Notes under the pieces: generated by a model | Seen by the model: only the letters and a program-made list of their open reading frames with translations | What the model was told of the DNA's origin: nothing | The model's database searches: none | Shown: positions 57,725 to 64,000 of the stretch, piece by piece | How the letters are laid out: each line of letters starts with the position of its first letter | How positions within the stretch are numbered: the stretch's first letter is position 1 | Translations under genes and position numbers: made by a program | Source of the DNA: Thermoproteota archaeon | GTDB taxonomy: Archaea > Thermoproteota > EX4484-205 > JAAOZP01 | Assembly (NCBI GenBank): GCA_049700215.1 | Contig: JBNAVT010000005.1 | Coordinates: forward strand, 1 to 64,000 | DNA: 64,000 bases | Direction of reading: 5' to 3'

Positions 57725-60700
57725 ATGAAAAAATTTTATATGCGTCTGCCAACCATAGAAGAAGGAAGAAAATTGTTAAACAGGTATGTGAGAAATAAGG
57801 GGCTACTTGCCGCTCTAATTCTGCTCACACTCTGCTTTCCAGCTGTTTCTTCCTTGAGAAGAATGCCTACCATAATGGTTTCGGGAGCACAATATGGCGA
57901 AATAGAATTAAACATCGGTTGCGACAGCCCAAGCATAACGTATCATCAGAAATACGTGGAGGTTAAACTGGATGGTTTTTATACTTCAGGAGAACCCGGT
58001 AACCCGGAGCTCCCCTGCAGGTTTTTAGACGTTTTGCTTCCGCCCGATGTGAACACGAGCTCTATCGATATAGATGTTCAACTGGATGAGAGCTATGAGA
58101 TAAACGTGACGGCGGAAGTAATGCCGGCCCCGCCTTTAGCGAGCGATGAGACGGTGGAATGGGGTGCTGGCAAGGAAATACGTGGCGATAAGAATCATCT
58201 CGTATACGGTAGGGGAGAATATTACCCGGATAAGGTTGTGGAGATTTACCGGGTTTCCAATAGAGGAATATATGTTTTTGCAAGAATACGCTATAACCCA
58301 ATACAATACAATCCGTTGAAAGGGGTGCTAAAGATACATGGGAATGTAGTATTCAAGATCACTTATAGGCTTACGGGTAAGCGGGCAGCCATTGTTAGAA
58401 ACACGATGGTTGAAAAAATCGCTGAGAATCAATTTGTAAACTGGAATAGTGCGAAAGAATGGTATTCACCGTCTTTTCAGGCATCGGGCTCCCAATACGA
58501 TTACATCATAGTTACTACGAACGCGATAAAAACAGGGAGTGGCGAGCTGGACAATTACGTGAATTATCTTCAGAACACTAGGGGTTTCCGGGTGAAGGTT
58601 GTTACAGAGGATGACTACGGGTCTGCAGCCGGCCAGCAGAGGGCTGTAAACATTAGAAACTGGTTGAGGAACAATTATCTAGTAATGGGAGTAAAATACG
58701 TGCTTCTCATTGGTAACCCTGATCCTGACGACCCGAGCAATCTGTCTGACTATTACGGTGATGTTCCGATGATGATGTGCTGGCCAAGGGTTCAGGGTTA
58801 TAACGATGCTCCTACGGACTACTTTTACGCAGACCTTACCGGAAACTGGGATACTGACGGGGACGGTTACTACGGGGAGTATGGCCAAGATACGGGAGTG
58901 GACTTCACGCCGGAAGTGTATGTTGGAAGAATACCTGTTTACGATAATGATTACGCTACGTTAGACAGGGTTCTTCGAAAGATGATGAGCTACGCGTTTT
59001 CAGGAACGGGTTGGAGAAGCAGGATAATGCTTCCGGTAGCCATAAGCAACTATGCGAATGAGGATGGCAATGGCTGGCAAAGAACAGATGGGTTGGACCT
59101 GCCTAAAAATATTGTTGAAAATATTCTTCCACTAGGCTGGTCTCACTACGTGCTTTACGAGAGGGCTGGTCGAGACCCAGTGCCTGAGACCGCGCCCTAC
59201 TATTCTGCACCACTGACAAGGGACAACGTGTTTAACGAGTGGAGGAAGAGCTACGGGGTAGTATTTTGGTTTGGCCATGGGGGCAACCAAGGAGCCTACA
59301 GAAAGTATTGGGGTTTCGATGATGGTGATAACGTACCCGAGTCCAGCGAGATGAGTTGGGCGTCATTCTTCAGCTCTTCCGACGCCCCTGGACTCAACGA
59401 TTCCACCCCATCATTCACGTTTCAATGCTCCTGCAACAACGGATATCCGGAGGATGAGAATAATCTTGGCTATGCCCTGCTTAAAAACGGCGCGATAGCA
59501 ACGGTTTCATCCTCAAGAGTAAGCTGGTACATAATTGGCTACTGGAGGCCTAGAATGCTTGCGGACAATATTGAAATAGGTTATCGCTACGTTGAGAAAT
59601 TGTTAAAGAGTAAGCTTAGCGCTGGTGTAGCTCTCTACGAAGCCAAGGGGATGCTGCCTCATAATGACAGTGTCTGGTGGATGAACATGTTCGACTTCAA
59701 TCTTTACGGTGACCCAAGCATCTCGCTGTTCGATTCAATGTCGGCAATCATCTTAGACTCGGAACCGCAGGGATCGGGCTTAGTGAGGGTTGACGGTCAG
59801 CCTGTTACTACGCCTACTCTTTTCACCTGGGAAGTGGGCTCAACCCATTTGTTGGAGGCGGCTTCAACAATCGATTTTGGGAATGGTGTGAGGTGTGCTT
59901 GGTATAACTGGAGTGATGGAGGACCTCAGAACCGTAATTACACTGTTCCCGGCTGTAACACTACCTTGAAAGCCTTCTTCAAAAAACAGTATAACGTTAC
60001 CTTTAACGTTACGCCACTGGGCTCTGGCACTGTTACACCCTCTTGTTCAGGCTGGTATGACGAGGGTTCAACAATACAAATATCTGCAACCCCGGGTCCT
60101 GACAGCGTCTTCAGAAACTGGTTCTCAGACACTTCGAAGATAACCATAGCTGACCCCGGTTCGCCGGATACCACAGCTACTATAAACGGCCCAGGCACGG
60201 TGACGGCCAACTTCACTGTAACGGTTACAAGCCTAACGTTAAGAATGATAAACAGCACAGTTCAAGCGGGAGTGGTCAATCTAACCGTTAAAATAATATC
60301 GCCCAACAACATTACAGGTGCAGAGTATGCTGTCGACGACACTAATTCTCCAACTCCTATACCTTCTCCAGTAGACGGCGAATGGGATTCGAGTATAGAG
60401 TTCATCAAGATAGGCTTAAACGGTTCAACTTATGCTGACGGGTACCATATTATCTACATAAGGGCTAATGACGGTGAAAGTACGAGTGATTGGTTTGCAA
60501 TACGTTTTCATGTCAGGAGTTTGGTAAAGAGGTATAACCTTATAGCCTTACTACTGACTCCGCCACCTGATTATTCTGCAAAGGAAGTTGCTGAAGCTAT
60601 AGGACTAAACACGGTACTTGTTTCTAAATGGAATGCGGCCAGACAAAACTTCATAAATTACTTGACTAGCAGGCCCCGTCCTGAGGATGACTTTAATGTA

Positions 60701-60769
60701 GAACTGGGTTTTGGATATTTCGTCTATTTGGCATCTGATCAAAAGTTTGTGGAGGTTGAATGGAAATGA
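57725..60769 (+). CDS. Secreted C25 (gingipain-like) cysteine peptidase with propeptide, B-repeat-like domains and a C-terminal extension
   Basis: Signal peptide, PGNPELP propeptide, KYVLLIG, TDYFYADL, VYVGRIP, catalytic GHG and SC, NLYGDP, and GSGTVTP...GWYDEGS repeat. Confidence 0.88.
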   Translation: MKKFYMRLPTIEEGRKLLNRYVRNKGLLAALILLTLCFPAVSSLRRMPTIMVSGAQYGEIELNIGCDSPSITYHQKYVEVKLDGFYTSGEPGNPELPCRFLDVLLPPDVNTSSIDIDVQLDESYEINVTAEVMPAPPLASDETVEWGAGKEIRGDKNHLVYGRGEYYPDKVVEIYRVSNRGIYVFARIRYNPIQYNPLKGVLKIHGNVVFKITYRLTGKRAAIVRNTMVEKIAENQFVNWNSAKEWYSPSFQASGSQYDYIIVTTNAIKTGSGELDNYVNYLQNTRGFRVKVVTEDDYGSAAGQQRAVNIRNWLRNNYLVMGVKYVLLIGNPDPDDPSNLSDYYGDVPMMMCWPRVQGYNDAPTDYFYADLTGNWDTDGDGYYGEYGQDTGVDFTPEVYVGRIPVYDNDYATLDRVLRKMMSYAFSGTGWRSRIMLPVAISNYANEDGNGWQRTDGLDLPKNIVENILPLGWSHYVLYERAGRDPVPETAPYYSAPLTRDNVFNEWRKSYGVVFWFGHGGNQGAYRKYWGFDDGDNVPESSEMSWASFFSSSDAPGLNDSTPSFTFQCSCNNGYPEDENNLGYALLKNGAIATVSSSRVSWYIIGYWRPRMLADNIEIGYRYVEKLLKSKLSAGVALYEAKGMLPHNDSVWWMNMFDFNLYGDPSISLFDSMSAIILDSEPQGSGLVRVDGQPVTTPTLFTWEVGSTHLLEAASTIDFGNGVRCAWYNWSDGGPQNRNYTVPGCNTTLKAFFKKQYNVTFNVTPLGSGTVTPSCSGWYDEGSTIQISATPGPDSVFRNWFSDTSKITIADPGSPDTTATINGPGTVTANFTVTVTSLTLRMINSTVQAGVVNLTVKIISPNNITGAEYAVDDTNSPTPIPSPVDGEWDSSIEFIKIGLNGSTYADGYHIIYIRANDGESTSDWFAIRFHVRSLVKRYNLIALLLTPPPDYSAKEVAEAIGLNTVLVSKWNAARQNFINYLTSRPRPEDDFNVELGFGYFVYLASDQKFVEVEWK

Positions 60770-62619
60770 AAAGGTTTTCTATTAAGCGTTTTACTTCGCT
60801 AGCCATCTTTCTAGTATTAATCGTCACAAGTGTAAATCTCTATATTAGAGCTCAAGTTCCATTGGTCGTAGACGGGTACATTACCATGCCAGACGGGTCC
60901 CCGGCCGCAGGAGCCTCTGTAACCGTAATTGTTTCAGGCGGACCTTCAGACTCCACCAGTTCTGGGGGTGATGGTTATTACCGGGTTGATCTTGTGGTTT
61001 CACCAGGAACCCACACCGTTACAGTTAGTGCATCAAAAGACAGTTATTCTGGTTCAAATACAGGTTCTGGCGAGGCACATATTCAAGTGAACGTACGTCT
61101 TTCAGCAGCGCCCCCACCCCCACCTCCTCCACCTCCCCCACCACCTTCGAGAAAGCAGGTCAGCATTCAGCTTACTGTTCCAAGCGAGGCTGCCGTTAAC
61201 GCTAGTGTTAGGATGATTGGAAAAGTTAATCCGAGGGTTTCCTCGGTATACTTGAAGGTTAGGAATCCGAAAAATATTCTGGATGAATATCAGTTGCCGG
61301 TTGCCTCTAACGGAAGCTTTTCATTCGATTTGACGCCTACGCTTTTGGGCATTTACAAGGTTTCAGCGTATTTTCCTGGTGACTCGGAGTATGAGCCTGC
61401 TTCAACACCCGAGTACTCTCTCCGGGTGAAAGCAAGGTCGATTCTTAATCTGACGATAAGCCCGACTGTGGTGGTTGCGGGAGCCGAGAACATCAGTATA
61501 AGTGGAGGCCTTTATCCTCCTAGTGCTCAAAACGTTTCACTATACTATTCTTTAGACAACGCCTCCTGGATTCTTTTCGCCGAGCTGAATGCCACAACAG
61601 GGGTCTTCTCACTAGTTTGGGAGCCGAGGGTCTTCGGAGATGTTTTCATAAAGGCGGAGTGGGCTGGCAATGAGACTTACACGGACTCCGTTGCATATGG
61701 AAGGTTTCAAACAGTGTTGCCAAGCGTATGCGCATTGCAAGCATGGGTTGAGAAGTCTCCGATTAAGATTGGAGAAGAAATACGTGTTAGCGGGGTTCTT
61801 ATTGGTGCTACGGATCCTGAAACCGCTGTGTTGACGATGCTTGTCTACGAGAATGGGGAGGAGGTTGAAACCATTACTCTAAGGCCCTCGCAGGATGGGG
61901 GTTTCACCGCGTCCTTTAGGCCCGGGTCGCCGGGAGTGTATGTGCTTCTTCTCGAAGCTAGCGGAGTAAAACTGTTGAAAGCCATCAACATTGTTACAGT
62001 GACAGTCCTAGGGGAGGTGGTGTTTAAAGCGGTTAATTCAACGGGTGGCCTGCTGGATGAAGCAGTGGTAGAGTTGAAGCATAATGGTGAGGCAAGTTCA
62101 GAATCCGGAGAGTTGAGGGCCATCCTGAGTTTTGGAGAGTACAGGGTCATAGTCAAGAAGCTTGGGGTTGAGGTGTTCAACGGTTCCCTAAGCCTGGCGA
62201 GTAACGGTGCTTTCCTGGGTTTCCAAGGCCAGAATGCAAGGTTTCCGCTCCCCCTATCTAGTGAGCCGTTAGTAATTGAATTAAAGACTAAAACCTATTC
62301 TCTAAGTGTTCATGTGGTTGATGAATTCGGCGATCCGATGGGAAACATCGAGGTCAAGATGGCTTCTCCGGTTTTTCAAGCCTCAGGGGTAACAGGTGCT
62401 GACGGCCGGGTTGTTTTCTCAAACATTCCCGCAGGAAACTACACTGTCGACACTCGGTTTGAAAGCAGGAATTTGAACCTTATTAGAAACGAATCCATAA
62501 CATTGAAAGGATCAGGGTTGAGCTTGAAGATCGTGCTCATTCTTCTTGCGGTTGCCCTACTAGTCTTAAGCTTGGCTGTTCTCCACTTTGCTGGAAAAAG
62601 GCTTTTTGCAAAGAAGTAG
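60766..62619 (+). CDS. Cell-surface protein with carboxypeptidase-regulatory-like and Ig-like domains, a polyproline linker and a C-terminal TM anchor
   Basis: Signal peptide, GYYRVD and GRVVFSNIPAGNY motifs, and a C-terminal TM followed by KRLFAKK. ATGA overlap with the C25 gene. Confidence 0.8.
   Translation: MKRFSIKRFTSLAIFLVLIVTSVNLYIRAQVPLVVDGYITMPDGSPAAGASVTVIVSGGPSDSTSSGGDGYYRVDLVVSPGTHTVTVSASKDSYSGSNTGSGEAHIQVNVRLSAAPPPPPPPPPPPPSRKQVSIQLTVPSEAAVNASVRMIGKVNPRVSSVYLKVRNPKNILDEYQLPVASNGSFSFDLTPTLLGIYKVSAYFPGDSEYEPASTPEYSLRVKARSILNLTISPTVVVAGAENISISGGLYPPSAQNVSLYYSLDNASWILFAELNATTGVFSLVWEPRVFGDVFIKAEWAGNETYTDSVAYGRFQTVLPSVCALQAWVEKSPIKIGEEIRVSGVLIGATDPETAVLTMLVYENGEEVETITLRPSQDGGFTASFRPGSPGVYVLLLEASGVKLLKAINIVTVTVLGEVVFKAVNSTGGLLDEAVVELKHNGEASSESGELRAILSFGEYRVIVKKLGVEVFNGSLSLASNGAFLGFQGQNARFPLPLSSEPLVIELKTKTYSLSVHVVDEFGDPMGNIEVKMASPVFQASGVTGADGRVVFSNIPAGNYTVDTRFESRNLNLIRNESITLKGSGLSLKIVLILLAVALLVLSLAVLHFAGKRLFAKK
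61111..61146 (+). repeat. (CCN)12 coding repeat encoding polyproline
   Basis: ccc cca ccc cca cct cct cca cct ccc cca cca cct. Confidence 0.9.
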
Positions 62620-62664
62620 GAAACAATTAAATCACAGCTGATGCTGAATCTTTTAGTGGTGTGG

Positions 62665-63027
62665 ATGAGGAGGGAAGGTAGCCTGTGGCTTGGCGCGTTC
62701 CTAGGGTTCATAATAAACTCTATCTTAGGCGCGTACTTTCCTGTTTTCGGCCCTTTTATCGGCGGCTTAATCGCCGGCTTAATAGCGGGGGGCGGGCCTG
62801 GTAGAGGTGCTCTCGCCGGGTTTCTAGCAGGAATATTCGGCGGAATAATCGCAACCATGCTTCTGATCATCGGTTTCGTCGGCGTCGGTGGGCTCCTCGC
62901 AGGGGCTCTCGGCGGATTGCTGGGTCTTATAGGAGGCCTGATAGCTGGCGGTGCAATCATAGTTTCACTGGCATTCGGATCAATAATGTCGGTAATCGGG
63001 GGGGCTATTGGCGGGGTAGTAAGCTAG
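62665..63027 (+). CDS. Gly-rich small membrane protein (DUF5518-like)
   Basis: PFIGGLIAGLIAGGG and GGAIGG motifs with about 4 TM helices. The start is ATG 62665 or 62641. Confidence 0.75.
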   Translation: MRREGSLWLGAFLGFIINSILGAYFPVFGPFIGGLIAGLIAGGGPGRGALAGFLAGIFGGIIATMLLIIGFVGVGGLLAGALGGLLGLIGGLIAGGAIIVSLAFGSIMSVIGGAIGGVVS

Positions 63028-63071
63028 GATCACCAATGTTTTAATGAGTCTGGCCCAGGATTGAAAAAGTC

Positions 63072-64000
63072 TCAGTGCTCGCTTTCACGCCTGCTCTGCG
63101 GGCTTATCTCAATGTTCATGTTTATTCTCTTCGCAAACCTGTTAAGCTTCTTATTATACTTCTTGACAAGTATGGGTACGTCCTCCTTGTTCGCATAGAG
63201 AATAAGCCTGTCTCCTTCAATCCTGATGTCGAAGTCTGAGATCTGGTTGCGCACTATTGCCTGTACTTCCTCCTTAAGCTTCTCCTCGTACCCTGTCTTC
63301 TTCTTGCGAACCGGGACTATGAAGGTTTGCTCTCCGAAGACGTAGAGCTCGTACTCCGCCTCCCCTGTAAGGAAGTTTTTCACGACTATCGTCGGCCTAG
63401 CTAGGTCAGCGTTCCTCATCCCCTTAGGTATTTTCACGACCGTTTCAAGCGTGTATATTTTCGAAACCTCTCCCTCCTTCATAAATATGACTGTGTCAAT
63501 GATAGATGGTATGAGGCCAAGGTCAGTCCTGCCGGTGAAGCGTTGAATAGCATCCATAGGTGTCGTAGCATGTATGACGCCAACCATCCCTATGCCCGCG
63601 AGCCTAAGGTCTATGAAAATGTTGAAGTCGTTAGTGTCTCTAAGCTCATCGTATATCGTGTAGTCCGGCCTGCTCAACAGTAGAACATCATGAAGCTCAC
63701 TAGGCTCAGCCGCGGTCTTAGAATACTGCGTGACGTCAGGCGGGAGCTGAAGGTCTCTCGGGCTCTCTATCGTCTTAACAACCTTATTCATCGACCTGTA
63801 GAACTCTGCTAGAGCCTGGGCGAAAGTGGATTTCCCCATTCCCGGGGCCCCGGCTATGAGTATTCCTTCAGCTTGGGTTCTAAGCCTCTCGACAAGCTTG
63901 TCAGCCAAATAATACTCCTCCAGGCTTCTCTTAATGAGCGGTTTAACAGCGGTGATTTCAAGCCCGTCGGAGAAGGGTGGTCTAGTTATGACTATCCTGA
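63072..64000 (-). CDS. PIN-domain/PilT-type ATPase with KH domain (PINA-like), 5'-truncated by the window edge
   Basis: The frame is open to the window end (RIVITRPPFSDGLEITAVKP). GAPGMGKST, RPDYTIYDELR, DLRLAGIGMVGVIHA and a C-terminal KH-like domain. Confidence 0.88.
   Translation of the reverse strand, partial: RIVITRPPFSDGLEITAVKPLIKRSLEEYYLADKLVERLRTQAEGILIAGAPGMGKSTFAQALAEFYRSMNKVVKTIESPRDLQLPPDVTQYSKTAAEPSELHDVLLLSRPDYTIYDELRDTNDFNIFIDLRLAGIGMVGVIHATTPMDAIQRFTGRTDLGLIPSIIDTVIFMKEGEVSKIYTLETVVKIPKGMRNADLARPTIVVKNFLTGEAEYELYVFGEQTFIVPVRKKKTGYEEKLKEEVQAIVRNQISDFDIRIEGDRLILYANKEDVPILVKKYNKKLNRFAKRINMNIEISPQSRRESEH

Noticed and set aside
62439-62960. 173-aa Pro/Ala-rich minus-strand ORF
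   Set aside because: It is the antisense mirror of the Gly-rich membrane protein (GGN read as NCC).
1-64000. CRISPR arrays, IS elements, integrases, rRNA and tRNA genes
   Set aside because: No regularly spaced repeats, transposase or integrase motifs, or RNA-gene consensus were seen by eye. Short or intron-split RNAs could have been missed.

Overview
This window is archaeal chromosomal DNA with BRE/TATA promoters, short or absent leaders, a nurA-herA-mre11-rad50 operon and a PINA-type ATPase. The gene content suggests a thermophilic, sugar-fermenting TACK archaeon such as Brockarchaeota or Bathyarchaeia (inference only). About 50 CDS are present, dominated by carbohydrate catabolism: GH3, GH78, GH97, GH50-like and GHL10-like hydrolases, two unassigned GH-like proteins, three Gfo/Idh/MocA dehydrogenases, two TIM-barrel isomerases, an HpcH aldolase, a ROK kinase, two amidohydrolases and two URO-D-like proteins. 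The most notable observations are: (1) a nurA-herA-mre11-rad50 module with a short Rad50 and non-canonical ATPase motifs; (2) a surface protease/inhibitor set comprising a serpin, DUF192, a gingipain-like C25 peptidase and a polyproline surface protein, plus a separate emfourin-like/BsuPI-like fusion; (3) a TA-like nucleotidyltransferase operon preceded by an inverted repeat; (4) several broken genes, including a ferredoxin-AOR operon with two 1-nt deletions, one inside a perfect 14-bp palindrome; and (5) a three-hairpin intergenic element. I saw no rRNA, tRNA, CRISPR array or transposase. All family assignments come from motif recognition by eye, not database searches.
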